Shown in pieces: positions 50,508 to 61,668 of a stretch of DNA of 64,000 bases. The notes below the pieces were generated by a model. It saw only the letters and a list, made by a program, of their open reading frames with translations, searched no databases and was not told the origin of the DNA. The number at the start of each line of letters is the position of its first letter. The first letter of the stretch is position 1. This stretch comes from Candidatus Binatia bacterium. Its GTDB lineage: Bacteria > Desulfobacterota > Binatia > Bin18. Where the stretch lies: assembly GCA_963664395.2 (NCBI GenBank), contig OY761159.2, positions 1,344,001 to 1,408,000 on the forward strand. The letters are read 5' to 3'. Position numbers and translations under genes: made by a program.

Positions 50508-51830
50508 TCAGCATTTCGCCGTATACCGCTGCACCCAAGAGAGTGCCGCCTGCCGGGTGAGCACCCTCCCTTCGAGCTGTGCCTCCTCCAGCGCCTCAAG
50601 GATTGTGGAGAACTGGGGGCCTGGTTGAAATCCCATTTGGATAAGATCACGCCCACTCAACAGACCAGGCGGGCTCAGTTCCTCAGGTTCAAGTGCTGCG
50701 AGTTTTTGACGGCAGAAGATATACGCCTCAAGATTGCCGTTTGAGGCCAGGGCATCCAGGCGGGCGAGGTCCAGGAGTTCTTCAATACCGTCCAGGCGCA
50801 GGAAGCGCTTGAGCGTTGCCGCTCGCATGCGGGGCGCGTCAAGGAGACGCAGATGGTTTTTGACCAGAAAGGCCACTCGTTCCCAGGTAGTCCGTGACCG
50901 CTTCAGACGCTGGCAGATTTGAATTGCCATGTCCGCGCCTTGTTCGCAGTGGCCGTAAAACGTAACCCGCTCTCCTTTCTGCCCCTGACACACCGGTTTG
51001 GCGACATCGTGGAGCAGCGCGCCTAGGGCCAGCGCCTCGCTCGGCTGATGCAGCGCGTCGAGCTGCTTCAACACCAGCAGGGTATGGACGAATACGTCTC
51101 CTTCGGGATGAAAATCCGGTGACTGCGCGACACCACGCAGTGTCATGATCTCGGGCAGAATAACGTCCAGCAGTCCGGAGGCAGTGAGCAGTGCAAATGC
51201 CGGCCACGCACGGCCTTCAGTCAGAATTTTGACGACCTCCTCTCCAATCCGCTCCCACGCAATCTCAGCCAGCGTTGGTGCGAACTGCTGCATGGCGGCA
51301 AACGTCTCCGCAGCAATGGAAAAGCCCAGCCGGGCGGCAAAGCGGACGGCTCGAATCATTCGCAAGTGATCTTCTTGAAAGCGTGCCGTCGGGTCTCCAA
51401 TGGCGCGAATGATACGATTGTTGAGATCTGCCTGCCCACCAACATAATCAATGACGGCGTCCGTCAGCGGGTCAAAGAACATGCCATTGATCGTGAAATC
51501 CCGTCTCAGCGCGTCCTCTCGGGCATCGCTGAAACGAACCGCCACCGGGTGACGGCCATCGAGATAGTCGCCATCGGCACGAAACGTCGCCACCTCATAG
51601 GGAACACCCTCCAGAACAACGAGGATGACGCCGAACTGCGCCCCGACCGGGATCGTGTGAGGGAATAATGCCTGCACCTCGGCGACACGGGCATCCGTTG
51701 CGATATCGAAATCTTTGGCTTGCACGCCAAGGAGGCGATCCCGCACACAGCCACCGGCAAAATAGGCCGTATAGCCATGGCGGCGCAGCGTCTGCACAAT
51801 CGTCCTGGCCTGTTCTTCCCGCTGGCTCAT
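50508..51830 (-). CDS. cca: CCA tRNA nucleotidyltransferase with HD domain
   Basis: GGCVRD, DFDIAT, RRDFTING, EDHLR, HPEGDV, LLHDVAK. Confidence 0.88.
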   Translation of the reverse strand: MSQREEQARTIVQTLRRHGYTAYFAGGCVRDRLLGVQAKDFDIATDARVAEVQALFPHTIPVGAQFGVILVVLEGVPYEVATFRADGDYLDGRHPVAVRFSDAREDALRRDFTINGMFFDPLTDAVIDYVGGQADLNNRIIRAIGDPTARFQEDHLRMIRAVRFAARLGFSIAAETFAAMQQFAPTLAEIAWERIGEEVVKILTEGRAWPAFALLTASGLLDVILPEIMTLRGVAQSPDFHPEGDVFVHTLLVLKQLDALHQPSEALALGALLHDVAKPVCQGQKGERVTFYGHCEQGADMAIQICQRLKRSRTTWERVAFLVKNHLRLLDAPRMRAATLKRFLRLDGIEELLDLARLDALASNGNLEAYIFCRQKLAALEPEELSPPGLLSGRDLIQMGFQPGPQFSTILEALEEAQLEGRVLTRQAALSWVQRYTAKC

Positions 51831-51945
51831 ACGCGCATGGTGACACGCGACACACAGCAGAGCAATGGAGCACGCCGTGTTGGTATACACGCCTTGTACA
51901 AGCACGCTTGCGACGCCTGGGCAGCCTCGATAGAGTTGGGCTATT

Positions 51946-53364
51946 GTGGGAGTTGCACTACGCGCGCAAGATGTCTGTACCGCCACCAAAGGAACCCTGA
52001 AATGGGGTCGCCCGGACACGCTCTTTACCTCGGTCAGCATCGATTCACGCCACATCGCGCCCCAGGCGCTGTTCGTCCCGCTCGCCGGCGAGCGGGTCAA
52101 TGGCCACCGCTATATCCCGGCTGCGGTGAAGGGCGGAGCGGCCGGCTTTCTTTTTTCGGCGTCTTTCCCGGTCGGGCAATCCGACGGCGCCACCGGGATC
52201 GCAGTCGCCGATCCGCTGACCGCCCTTCAAGACCTCGCCACCTGGCACCGCCAGCGGCTGTCCGCACGGGTGATTGGCATTGCCGGCAGCAATGGCAAAA
52301 CAACGACCAAAGAACTCATGGCCCAGGTCTTTAGCGCCCAGCGACCCACCCGGGCGACCCAGGGGAATCTGAATAATCACATTGGCCTGCCACTGACCCT
52401 GCTATGCGCCGCGCCGGAGGACGACTTCCTGGTCCTGGAAATGGGGACCAGCGGCCCTGGAGAACTCACCGCGCTGGGCCGCTTCGCCCAGCCCCATATT
52501 GGTGTCATTACTACCATTAGCGAAGAACACACCGAGACGCTCGGCGACCTTGAGGGTGTGCTGGCAGCCGAAACCGAATTACTCGCGGCCCTGCCGCCGG
52601 ACGGCGTGGCTATTGTCAATGGCGACGACCGTGTTCTTCTGGACGCCGTCCGGCGCCGGACCCATTGTCGGATTATCACATTTGGCGAACAGCCCACCAA
52701 TCAGGTTCGGGCGTCGCGTATTCAGGTTGCGCGCACGGGGACAAGTTTTCAGATTCATGCCCAAGGACAGAGCCGCCAGGTTCATCTCTCGCTCATTGGC
52801 AGTCATTGTGTCCCTGCTGCACTTGCGACCCTTGCGGCAGCCCTGGAGAATGGCTTGGACCTTGATGCGGCCTGCGCGGCGCTGCGGACCGCCCAGGGCG
52901 CGCCACGTCGTCTTGCCAGGCTCACCGTTCCAGCCTATCAACTGACCGTTCTGGACGATTGCTATAACGCGAATCCAGCCTCCATGCAGCACGCCATACA
53001 GACCGCCACTACGATTCGGAATACCGACGAGCGCCTGCTCCTTGTCTTGGGCGATATGCTCGAGTTGGGTGCGGTCAGTGAGCTACGGCACCGAGAGATC
53101 GGGGCCTATGTCGCCGGGCTCAAACCCGTCCCGGACGCTCTGGTGACGGTTGGCCGGTACGCCCCGCAGCTTGCCGAGGCAACGGTTCAGGCTGGGCTCC
53201 CGGCCCACGTCTTCCCCGATGCAACCGCCGCCGCCCCGTGCGTCCGGGCTCTGGTGCGGCAGGCCGACGGGCCGCAGCTCATGCTGGTCAAAGGCTCCCG
53301 CGGTGTGCATCTGGAGCAGATACTGGAAGCGCTCGTTGACCGGAATGAAAAGGAGGAAGCATGA
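51946..53364 (+). CDS. murF: UDP-MurNAc-tripeptide--D-Ala-D-Ala ligase
   Basis: [49 protein letters not shown]. Confidence 0.96.
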   Translation: MGVALRAQDVCTATKGTLKWGRPDTLFTSVSIDSRHIAPQALFVPLAGERVNGHRYIPAAVKGGAAGFLFSASFPVGQSDGATGIAVADPLTALQDLATWHRQRLSARVIGIAGSNGKTTTKELMAQVFSAQRPTRATQGNLNNHIGLPLTLLCAAPEDDFLVLEMGTSGPGELTALGRFAQPHIGVITTISEEHTETLGDLEGVLAAETELLAALPPDGVAIVNGDDRVLLDAVRRRTHCRIITFGEQPTNQVRASRIQVARTGTSFQIHAQGQSRQVHLSLIGSHCVPAALATLAAALENGLDLDAACAALRTAQGAPRRLARLTVPAYQLTVLDDCYNANPASMQHAIQTATTIRNTDERLLLVLGDMLELGAVSELRHREIGAYVAGLKPVPDALVTVGRYAPQLAEATVQAGLPAHVFPDATAAAPCVRALVRQADGPQLMLVKGSRGVHLEQILEALVDRNEKEEA

Positions 53365-53867
53365 CCCCTCAAATCGGCATCATTATGGGAAGTGATTCAG
53401 ACCTCGAGACGATGAAACAAGCGGCCAAAGTCTGTGAGGAGTTTGAGGTTGGGTATGAAATCCGCGTCCTGTCCGCCCACCGCACCCCGCACGATGCCAC
53501 CGACTATGCGAGTCAGGCGCACGAAAGAGGCCTCAAGGTCATTATTGCCGGAGCCGGAGGAGCCGCCCATCTGGCAGGGGTAGTTGCCGGACATACACCC
53601 CTGCCGGTTATTGGTGTTCCGATAAAGAGTGCGGCCTTCAGCGGACAAGACTCACTGTTGTCCATTGTCCAGATGCCGGCCGGTGTGCCGGTAGCGACCG
53701 TCGCCATCGATGGCGCCCGCAACGCCGGCCTGCTGGCCATTCAAATCCTGGCAACCAGCAACGCGGGTCTGCTAGAACGGTTCCAGGCCTTCAAAGCCGA
53801 ACTGGTTGAAAAGACACGAGACAAAGACCGGCGCTTGCAGGAGCGCGTCAAGGCAGGTGCGCTGTAA
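53361..53867 (+). CDS. purE: N5-CAIR mutase
   Basis: [35 protein letters not shown]. Confidence 0.97.
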   Translation: MTPQIGIIMGSDSDLETMKQAAKVCEEFEVGYEIRVLSAHRTPHDATDYASQAHERGLKVIIAGAGGAAHLAGVVAGHTPLPVIGVPIKSAAFSGQDSLLSIVQMPAGVPVATVAIDGARNAGLLAIQILATSNAGLLERFQAFKAELVEKTRDKDRRLQERVKAGAL

Positions 53868-53899
53868 CAGCTCAAACGGACTTTTCTGAGGGTATTCTT

Positions 53900-55138
53900 A
53901 TGATCTCCGTACATGAAGCGCTGACCCGGATCTTGGAGACGGTCTCTCCGCTGGCCGGTGAACGTATCAGTTTGCTTGAAGCAAGCGGACGCGTCCTGGC
54001 TGAGGATGTCCACTCTATCCGCGAGGTCCCGCCGTTTACCAACTCGGCCATGGATGGCTATGCCGTCCGGCATGACGACATTCAGTCCGCCAGGGCGGAC
54101 CAGCCCGTTGCGCTGTCCGTCCTGGAAGTCATTCAAGCCGGTGCCGTCCCAACCAAAACTGTCGGACACAAGACGGCGAGTAAAATCATGACTGGCGCCG
54201 TCCTGCCGGCGGGCGCCGATACGGTCATCAAGGTCGAAGACACACAGGAACAATCGGACCAGGTGCTCATTCGCAAGGCCGGTCCCAAAGGCAATAATAT
54301 TCGCGCAAGCGGTGAGGACATCCAATCCGGCCAGACGATTCTCAAGTCGGGCCGGGTCCTCCGTCCGGCGGATATCGGTCTGCTGGCCTCGGTCGGGCGC
54401 AGCTTTGTGCTGGTGCATCAGCACCCCAGGGTCGCCATCTTGAGTACGGGCAATGAGCTGGCCGAAGTCGATGTCCCACTACAACCGGGTCAGATCGTGA
54501 ACTCCAACGCCTACACCCTGGCCGCAGCCGTGCGTGAGGCCGGCGGTCAGCCCGTCCCCCTGGCCATTGCCCGCGATAGCCTGGAAGAAACGCGCGCCGC
54601 GCTCGAAGAGGCCGTACGCCATGACGTCGTGTTATCCACCGGTGGGGTGTCCGTTGGGGATTTTGATTTTGTCAAAGCGGCCATGGACGACATCGGCATT
54701 GAGCGCCTGTTCTGGCGGGTCGCCCAAAAGCCGGGCAAGCCGCTGACGTTCGGTCTGCTCCGAGGACGGCCGTACTTTGGCCTGCCCGGTAATCCGGTCT
54801 CTGCTCTGGTGTGTTTCTATCTCTACACCTGGGCTGCGCTGCGCCGCATGGCCGGCTACCGCAAGCTCTTTTTTCCTACTGTCCAGGTCACTCTTGGTGA
54901 AGACATTCCCAAGGCAAAGGGACTGACCGAATTCGTCCGGTGCCAGTTGACCCGGAACGGCACAGGGTATGAAGCGCGTTTGACCGGCACCCAAAGTTCC
55001 GGCGTCCTGAGTTCGCTTTCTCTCGGAGAGAGCCTGGTGATCGGCCCGCCCGATACCGATATGCTACGGAAGGGCACCACCGCGACCGCTATCGTCCTTG
55101 ATCGGGAAGAGTTCATGCCCACCGAGCTGCCCTTTTAG
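53900..55138 (+). CDS. moeA: Molybdopterin molybdenumtransferase
   Basis: PPFTNSAMDGYA, STGNEL, TGGVSVGDFD, KPGKP, GLPGNPVS. Confidence 0.96.
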   Translation: MISVHEALTRILETVSPLAGERISLLEASGRVLAEDVHSIREVPPFTNSAMDGYAVRHDDIQSARADQPVALSVLEVIQAGAVPTKTVGHKTASKIMTGAVLPAGADTVIKVEDTQEQSDQVLIRKAGPKGNNIRASGEDIQSGQTILKSGRVLRPADIGLLASVGRSFVLVHQHPRVAILSTGNELAEVDVPLQPGQIVNSNAYTLAAAVREAGGQPVPLAIARDSLEETRAALEEAVRHDVVLSTGGVSVGDFDFVKAAMDDIGIERLFWRVAQKPGKPLTFGLLRGRPYFGLPGNPVSALVCFYLYTWAALRRMAGYRKLFFPTVQVTLGEDIPKAKGLTEFVRCQLTRNGTGYEARLTGTQSSGVLSSLSLGESLVIGPPDTDMLRKGTTATAIVLDREEFMPTELPF

Positions 55139-55172
55139 GCGACTCGGACCTTTGTTCTTCCGTATTCCCGAC

Positions 55173-55411
55173 TCAACCGTAGTGATACCGGCAGGCAATG
55201 ATCGTCACATGGGTATCGGTCACTGCGTAAACGAGCCGGTGTGTCACGTCGATTCTCCTTATAGCGCCTCCGACTTTCCAATACCTTCAAGTGGAGTCCG
55301 GAGCACACTCGTTATCAAAATATTAATGCGCTTTACTGTCTTTTTATCCTGGCCTTGCCAGTACACATAATCGGACCAGGCAGCGTCGGTCCAAGCCAAA
55401 TGCCTACTCAT
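55173..55411 (-). pseudogene. yoeB: Txe/YoeB toxin inactivated by an internal deletion and frameshift
   Basis: AWSDYVYWQGQDKKTVKRIN...GIGKSEAL then stop; RRIDVTHRLVYAV...IIACRYHYG follows in another frame. Confidence 0.88.
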
Positions 55412-55658
55412 CCAGCAGTTCTCTCTCCTTGGCCTGGCCGGTACGGAACTGTTCAATAGATTTACTGAGATGGACAGCGTTAGCTGGAGATTTGAGCAGA
55501 TGAATCGTTTCCATGAGACTGTTGTAGTAGTCTAAAGACATGACGACAGCATCCTGACTGTCCCGACGGGTTATCACGGTACAGTCAGCATCGTTAATCG
55601 CTTGATCTAAAATCTTTTTCAGTCCATTGCGCGCTTCTGTAAAGGAGACGGTACGCAT
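55404..55658 (-). CDS. yefM: Phd/YefM antitoxin
   Basis: MRTVSFTEARNGLK...VITRRDSQDAVVMSLDYYNSLMETIHLLKSPANA; overlaps the yoeB start. Confidence 0.92.
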   Translation of the reverse strand: MRTVSFTEARNGLKKILDQAINDADCTVITRRDSQDAVVMSLDYYNSLMETIHLLKSPANAVHLSKSIEQFRTGQAKERELLDE

Positions 55659-55808
55659 CTTTCCTCCGCATATTGGATGTATGGTGCAGATATAGGCTTT
55701 CCCATAGACATAGACAAGACATCCGACCTGTCTCTCGGCGCTACCCACCCGTTGACTTTCCCCAGGGCTTCTGATTTGCAAAAAGCCTCTTTTTGTAAGG
55801 AGGTTTCT

Positions 55809-56723
55809 GTGGAAAACGGCACAATCTGGATGGACGGTGAACTCGTTCCCTGGGACGAGGCGAAAGTCCACGTCCTCACCCATACACTCCACTACGGGGT
55901 GGGAGTATTTGAAGGCATTCGCTGCTATGCGGGTGAAGACGGCCGGTCAGGCGTTTTCCGCCTGCCCGAACATATTGAGCGGCTGTTCGACTCGGCCCAC
56001 ATCCTCGGGCTCACTATCCCCTTTTCCCAAGACGCCATTCTCAATGCCTGCCTTGAAACTGTTCGTGCCAATGAACTCAAGGAATGCTATATCCGCCCGC
56101 TGGTCTTTGTTGGCGAAGGGGACCGTGGTCTCCACGCCAGGACAAATCCAATTCGCGTTTCCATTGCGGCCTGGGCCTGGGGGGCCTATCTCGGCGAAGA
56201 AGGGCTGCTCAAGGGTATTCGGGTCAAGACTTCGTCGTTTCAACGCTTTCACGTCAATACCATGATGACCAAGGCCAAGGCCGTCGGTACCTACCTGAAT
56301 TCCATTCTGGCCGGGCAGGAGGTCTGGGCACTTGGCTATGACGAGGCCCTGCTGCTCGATACCGACGGCTACGTGGCTGAAGGACCGGGAGAAAACATTT
56401 TTATCGTACGGCGGGGCAAGATCAAAACGCCGCCGCTCTCGTCTTCACTCCTGCCCGGTATTACCCGCGATACCGCCATCACCCTGCTGCGGGAGATGGA
56501 TGTCCCGCTGGAAGAGGACCGGATTACTCGGGACGAAGTCTATCTTGCCGACGAGGTCTTTTTTACCGGCACGGCCGCAGAGGTTACACCGATTCGTGAA
56601 CTCGATGGCCGTATAATCCGTGGCGAAACACCCGGAGCGGTGACAAAAGAACTCAAAAAGCGCTTCGATGCCGTCATTACAGGAGCCAATCCGAAGTACA
56701 AGGATTGGCTGACCTATGTGTAG
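55809..56723 (+). CDS. ilvE: Branched-chain amino acid aminotransferase
   Basis: IWMDGE, HTLHYGVGVFEG, EGPGEN, LPGITR, TGTAAEVTP; AAGGAGG before the GTG start. Confidence 0.97.
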   Translation: MENGTIWMDGELVPWDEAKVHVLTHTLHYGVGVFEGIRCYAGEDGRSGVFRLPEHIERLFDSAHILGLTIPFSQDAILNACLETVRANELKECYIRPLVFVGEGDRGLHARTNPIRVSIAAWAWGAYLGEEGLLKGIRVKTSSFQRFHVNTMMTKAKAVGTYLNSILAGQEVWALGYDEALLLDTDGYVAEGPGENIFIVRRGKIKTPPLSSSLLPGITRDTAITLLREMDVPLEEDRITRDEVYLADEVFFTGTAAEVTPIRELDGRIIRGETPGAVTKELKKRFDAVITGANPKYKDWLTYV

Positions 56724-56796
56724 AATTAGGGATTGGAAGTTGGAGATTGGGGACTGGCTCTCTGTTCTTCCCCCAATCCCTAATCCCTAACCCCCC
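56724..56796. repeat. Inverted arrays of heptamer repeats (GATTGGG / CCCTAAT type)
   Basis: aattagg gattgga agttgga gattggg gactgg ... ccccaat ccctaat ccctaac. Confidence 0.7.
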
Positions 56797-56802
56797 TGCT
56801 TC

Positions 56803-59800
56803 ATGTCATCCATTCGAAACCTGTGGTTTGATACGCGCCATTTGCTCGGCGATGCCCGCGGCCACGCCTTGTTGGCGGAACTCAATGCATTGCCAGAGTC
56901 GGCACGGGAAGCCATTCTTGCGGCTGGCGACCGGCTTGCTGACATCTCGCTCACGTTAGCCCAAGTGTTTTGCCGCAATGCCCCTGCTTCCTGGCACGCG
57001 TTTGGAGAGGAGGACGTATTTTCTCGTTGGGTGCAGGTCGGCGAACAATTTGTCCGGCACGAGCCGACCTCGCGTGAAGGAGCGGCTGCGTATTTTTCCA
57101 TCCCCCCCGCCGCACTCGCCCGGCTCGGATTGGATCAAGCCGAGGCCTGGGCCGCAATCGGTCGGGAAGTCCTCCGGATTTCGCGCCGCCTAGGCTCTCA
57201 ATTTTTACAGACCTCAGCTCCCCTGCTCGCCAGCCTGCCGACTCCTATCGAGACCCGCCTGCAAGCCTGGGCAAAGCACGGGAGTGCGTTGCTCAGAGAA
57301 AAGGGCTGGAAGGGCGAGTTTCTGGCGGTCTCCTACTTTTCTGCCGCCCCAGTAGCCCTGCCCATTCTGAGCCCGCAAGAGATGCAGGAATGGGCCGCAT
57401 TGGGCATTCTCGTCCAGGATGCCGGACCGTGGAAGTTTTACACTACTTTGCCAAACGGCTTTGCCGAGTTGGCTGAAAAGATACGCCTCCAACTATTACT
57501 TGACTGCCAGACTGCGGCCAGCCGTTCGCCCCAAGCGGCAGAGGCCATCTTTGTCCGCTTACCGGCTGTTCTGGCTGGGTTGCCAACACCCCTCCAGGCT
57601 TTTCTCCTGACCATCCTGGCACCAGTTATCCGGTCCGACCCTACGGCCCTGCCCCCGCTCTTTCCGCTCATGGGCCCCTGCCTCAAGGCTATTGAGAGCA
57701 CGCAACGCCCGGCACTGCGCGCCGCATTAGTCGCACTGGCCCAGGATTTCGCGCCAGGCATTCCACCCGCCCTGCGGACCTTACCCAGGGCGTATGAGGA
57801 AGCCGGCGAGCAGCGTTTGCTGGAATGGATAGCCAAAGGACGGGCTATAGGGCGAGCCGGCACGCAAGCAGGTGTGGCATTTTTTGCGCTGGAATCCCGG
57901 ACCAGCCTGCGCGTACTCCGACACGACGACACTGGGGTCGATTTGGAAGAAGTCCAAGAGGTGCTGCGCAAATATATCCAGATGTTGTCCGGCTTGGCTG
58001 CCGGTATCGAGCGTCAGGAATTTTTCTCCTATCCACCCGCACTCGAAGAATTTCCTGTTCCCGGAGACGCCGTCCCACTGCCGGCTCGGATTGACCTCTT
58101 TTCAACCTATGAAGAGAATTTCAGACTCTTTCGGGCGTTGGCGATGTTGCAGGCCGGCCGGCGTGAGTTTGGAACATACGCCTTCAGCCTGGAACGCTTG
58201 TGGCCACAGCTCTCCGAGGAGGTGCGCGCGCTCAGAGAGGAGCGAAAACCGGCACACGAGCAGCCACAAAAGCAGCCAAGCGGTGGTCTGCCCGCTTTCT
58301 TCTCCTGTTTTCCGCACCCACATGTTGTAGAAGCCCTTTTTCTCCTGGTGGAAACGCGGCGCATTACGCACCGGGTCGGCCAGTCATACCGAGGGCTGCG
58401 GGAGGACCTCGCATGGTTGAACAGCGTGTCTCTCCCCTCGCTCTTGCCCGAAACCCTACGGACGCTCTTTGCCACTCTTGCTCTCCCCTCACAGCCGTCT
58501 CACACGGTCTATGATTCTGCCCGGTGGGCAGCGGACACGTATCAGCGCATGGTGTCCTCCCTGGTCATGCTGCAACGTCAAGATCAGGACCCGGCAGCGT
58601 TTGAAGCAGCGCTGTTTGAAAAAATGACCGGCGATGCGCTCATTGACCCGGACATGGACGATGACAGTCCACCACCGGATGCGCTGGAGCTGCCCGAGTT
58701 GGATACACTGAAATTGGAGCCCGAGGGCGACGATGATGCGGGCGGAGCGCCGCTCTCTCCCGAAGAACTCAAGGCCCTCATCGAGGCGGGAGTAGAGTTG
58801 CAGATTCGGCCAGGCAAGCCGGATAGCCTGACTCCGCAAGGACTGTATATCACTGATTTGGACGGCAAGCTGCCGGCCCAAGCCGACCCGGACGCCCTCC
58901 TGCCTGAGCATGGCACGCTGGTCAACGCCGGACGCCGCAGGGAGCGAGCGGAAGCGCTGACCTTTTTCTATGACGAGTGGGATTACCACATTGCCGATTA
59001 TCGTTCACGCTGGTGTCGGCTGCGTGAAATTATCCTCAGCGGTGATGCCGGCGAGTTTTTCGCCAAGACCCTGGGCGACTACGTCGCCCTCACCCCCGCG
59101 ATTAAGGCAGAGTTTCAACGCATCCGCCCCGAGCAGTATCGCCTCGTACGCGGCCTTGAAGATGGCGAAGAGTTTGATCTGAACGCGGTGATTACCGCAG
59201 TCAGCGACCGCCGGGCGCGGCTTACTCCATCGTCCAAAGTCTACACGACCAAACGGCAGACCGAGCGAGATGTGGCGGCCCTGTTTCTGCTTGATATGAG
59301 TGCGTCAACAGACGAACCCATAGTGCCGCTTCCACCCCAGTATGGTAATGACGAGCCTGACGATTGGCTGGCGACATGGAAGAAAAAACCCGAGGTCCCT
59401 CAGCCCAAGCCACGCCGCATTATTGATGTCGCCAAAGAAGCCCTGGTGTTGATGGCCGAAGCGCTGGAAGAGATCGGCGATGCGTACGCGGTCTATGGCT
59501 TTTCCGGTCAGGGCCGTGACAATGTCGAGTTCTATCACATCAAATCATTCACCGAGGCACTCTCACCAACCATCAAGGGCCGTCTTGGAGCGATTGAACC
59601 CAAGCGTTCGACCCGGATGGGTCCGGCCATTCGACACTCACTGGAAAAACTGAAAGATATCGCCTGTCGGGTCAAACTCCTGGTCCTGCTCAGCGATGGC
59701 TTTCCACAGGACATGGACTATGGCGATGACCGGCGTTCCGCCACATACGGCATTCAGGACACCATGATGGCGCTGCGTGAGGCCGACCGGGCCGGAGTGC

Positions 59801-59952
59801 TGACATTCTGTCTGACCATAGATAAGGCCGGCCATGACTATTTACGAGACATGTGCGCGCCGTCTCGGTATATGGTACTCGAAGATGTGGCATCTCTTCC
59901 CACGGAATTGCCAAAAGTATATCAACGCTACATCCGTCCCTGGCAGACGTGA
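56803..59952 (+). CDS. NorD/CbbO-like VWA-domain protein
   Basis: FYDEWDYHIADYR, DGEEFDL, MIDAS DMSAS, TRMGPAIRH, LLSDGFPQD. Confidence 0.88.
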   Translation: MSSIRNLWFDTRHLLGDARGHALLAELNALPESAREAILAAGDRLADISLTLAQVFCRNAPASWHAFGEEDVFSRWVQVGEQFVRHEPTSREGAAAYFSIPPAALARLGLDQAEAWAAIGREVLRISRRLGSQFLQTSAPLLASLPTPIETRLQAWAKHGSALLREKGWKGEFLAVSYFSAAPVALPILSPQEMQEWAALGILVQDAGPWKFYTTLPNGFAELAEKIRLQLLLDCQTAASRSPQAAEAIFVRLPAVLAGLPTPLQAFLLTILAPVIRSDPTALPPLFPLMGPCLKAIESTQRPALRAALVALAQDFAPGIPPALRTLPRAYEEAGEQRLLEWIAKGRAIGRAGTQAGVAFFALESRTSLRVLRHDDTGVDLEEVQEVLRKYIQMLSGLAAGIERQEFFSYPPALEEFPVPGDAVPLPARIDLFSTYEENFRLFRALAMLQAGRREFGTYAFSLERLWPQLSEEVRALREERKPAHEQPQKQPSGGLPAFFSCFPHPHVVEALFLLVETRRITHRVGQSYRGLREDLAWLNSVSLPSLLPETLRTLFATLALPSQPSHTVYDSARWAADTYQRMVSSLVMLQRQDQDPAAFEAALFEKMTGDALIDPDMDDDSPPPDALELPELDTLKLEPEGDDDAGGAPLSPEELKALIEAGVELQIRPGKPDSLTPQGLYITDLDGKLPAQADPDALLPEHGTLVNAGRRRERAEALTFFYDEWDYHIADYRSRWCRLREIILSGDAGEFFAKTLGDYVALTPAIKAEFQRIRPEQYRLVRGLEDGEEFDLNAVITAVSDRRARLTPSSKVYTTKRQTERDVAALFLLDMSASTDEPIVPLPPQYGNDEPDDWLATWKKKPEVPQPKPRRIIDVAKEALVLMAEALEEIGDAYAVYGFSGQGRDNVEFYHIKSFTEALSPTIKGRLGAIEPKRSTRMGPAIRHSLEKLKDIACRVKLLVLLSDGFPQDMDYGDDRRSATYGIQDTMMALREADRAGVLTFCLTIDKAGHDYLRDMCAPSRYMVLEDVASLPTELPKVYQRYIRPWQT

Positions 59953-60019
59953 GCCGGAAGAAAAAGAAAGCCGAGATCATACAGCGCGCGGATAACGCGG
60001 ATAAAGATGGAGGACAGAC

Positions 60020-60790
60020 ATGGATATTCAGAATAGTGTGGCGGTCATCACCGGGGGCGGTTCCGGCCTGGGCGAAGCAACGGCGCGGGCCCTGTCTGCA
60101 AAAGGGGCCAAAGTGGCGGTGCTTGATCTGAGCAAATCGAACGGAGCCGCCATTGCCGAAGAACTCGGGGCCACTGCCACGTTTCTCGAAGCCGATGTCA
60201 CCAATGACGAGCAGTTAGCGGCAGCCATCGCCCAGGCGGCTGAACGGTTGGGCGCGATTCATGTCGCGGTGAATTGCGCCGGCATTGCCACCGCGGGCAA
60301 GACCTTGGGCAAGGGCAACGAGCCGCTGAACATAGGACCGTTTCGGAGAACAATTGAAGTCAACCTCATCGGGACGTTTAATGTGATTCGTTTTGTTGCC
60401 GCACAAATGGCGAAAAACCCGCCGGGTGACGATGGCGAGCGGGGCGTTATCATCAATACGGCCTCGGTGGCCGCCTTTGATGGGCAGATCGGTCAAGCTG
60501 CCTATTCTGCCTCAAAAGGCGGCGTTGTCGGCATGACGCTCCCGATCGCTCGGGATCTATCTCGGGATGGGATTCGCTGCTGTACTATCGCTCCAGGTAT
60601 CTTTGAGACGCCGATGCTGATGGGACTGCCCGAGCCGGCCCGTCAGGCACTCGGAGCCAGCGTGCCCTTTCCGCAGCGTCTGGGCCGTCCGGCGGAATAC
60701 GCGGCGCTGGCCTGCCAGATTATAGAGAACTCGATGTTAAACGGTGAAACCATTCGGCTCGACGGCGCTATTCGGATGGCGCCCAAATAG
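60020..60790 (+). CDS. SDR-family 3-hydroxyacyl-CoA dehydrogenase (type 2 / HSD10-like)
   Basis: [55 protein letters not shown]. Confidence 0.94.
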   Translation: MDIQNSVAVITGGGSGLGEATARALSAKGAKVAVLDLSKSNGAAIAEELGATATFLEADVTNDEQLAAAIAQAAERLGAIHVAVNCAGIATAGKTLGKGNEPLNIGPFRRTIEVNLIGTFNVIRFVAAQMAKNPPGDDGERGVIINTASVAAFDGQIGQAAYSASKGGVVGMTLPIARDLSRDGIRCCTIAPGIFETPMLMGLPEPARQALGASVPFPQRLGRPAEYAALACQIIENSMLNGETIRLDGAIRMAPK

Positions 60791-60793
60791 CCC

Positions 60794-61393
60794 GTGGCTT
60801 ATACACGCAAGGATGCCTTCTATAAAAAAGCCAAGCAGGAAGGCTATCGCTCCCGCGCAGCGTATAAACTCCTCGAACTCAACCGCGTCTGGCGCTTTTT
60901 GCGGTCGGGGAACCGGGTCATTGATCTCGGCTCCTGGCCGGGTGGTTGGGTGCAGGTCGCGGCCAAGGCGGTTGGGCCATCCGGGCAGATTCTTGGCATT
61001 GACCTGGTCAAGCTGGAACCCCTCCCCCTTGCCAACGTCACTCTGGTTCAAGGGGATGCCACCGACCCGGCTCAGCAGCAATCCCTGCTTTCCTCTTTAG
61101 GACGCCCGGCTGACGTCCTCCTCTCGGACATGGCGCCCAAGCTGAGCGGGGTGCGTGAAGCCGACGACGCCCGCATCACCGCGTTATGCCAGACCGCTCT
61201 GACCTGCTGCGGCCCCCTCCTGAAGCCAGGGGGCGTGTTATGCCTCAAAGCTTTCATGAACGAAGGGTATCAGCCTTTTGTGGCAGCGCTCCGCTCCGCC
61301 TTCAAGACTGTCAAAACATCCCGTCCGGAAGCTACGCGGAAAGGCTCGGCGGAGGTCTACGTGCTGGCGACAGACAGGAAAAAAATGGTTTGA
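60794..61393 (+). CDS. rlmE: 23S rRNA Um2552 methyltransferase
   Basis: AKQEGYRSRAAYKL, DLGSWPGGW, LSDMAP, RKGSAEVY. Confidence 0.94.
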   Translation: MAYTRKDAFYKKAKQEGYRSRAAYKLLELNRVWRFLRSGNRVIDLGSWPGGWVQVAAKAVGPSGQILGIDLVKLEPLPLANVTLVQGDATDPAQQQSLLSSLGRPADVLLSDMAPKLSGVREADDARITALCQTALTCCGPLLKPGGVLCLKAFMNEGYQPFVAALRSAFKTVKTSRPEATRKGSAEVYVLATDRKKMV

Positions 61394-61424
61394 CAGCCTG
61401 ATAAGCGCGCCCTTTCAGACTGTC

Positions 61425-61658
61425 GCTCAGTTCCACGTACAGGGAGAAGTCTTTCTCTATAACGGCCGAGACGGACGACATTTGATTACCTTTGACAATC
61501 CCTACCCGCACCAGGGCTCGATGTTCGGCTATGCGCTGGCCTCGCCCGGCGATATTAACGCCGACCACATTCCGGAGTTTGTTTTTGGTGCGCCAGGCCA
61601 GCACATCAGGGATAAGCCGGCCGTTGGCCGTGTCTTTCTGTTTGTGTCCAAACGCTAG
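61425..61658 (+). pseudogene. 3' remnant of an FG-GAP repeat protein
   Basis: QGEVFLYNG...SMFGYALASPGDINADHIPEFVFGAPG...VGRVFLF with no credible start. Confidence 0.6.
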
Positions 61659-61668
61659 ACAGGGAGCA

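Noticed and set aside
51831-52100. N-terminal extensions in the ORF track (cca, yefM, ilvE, SDR, phoB)
   Set aside because: Family homology and RBS positions indicate downstream starts, and several extensions overlap neighbouring genes
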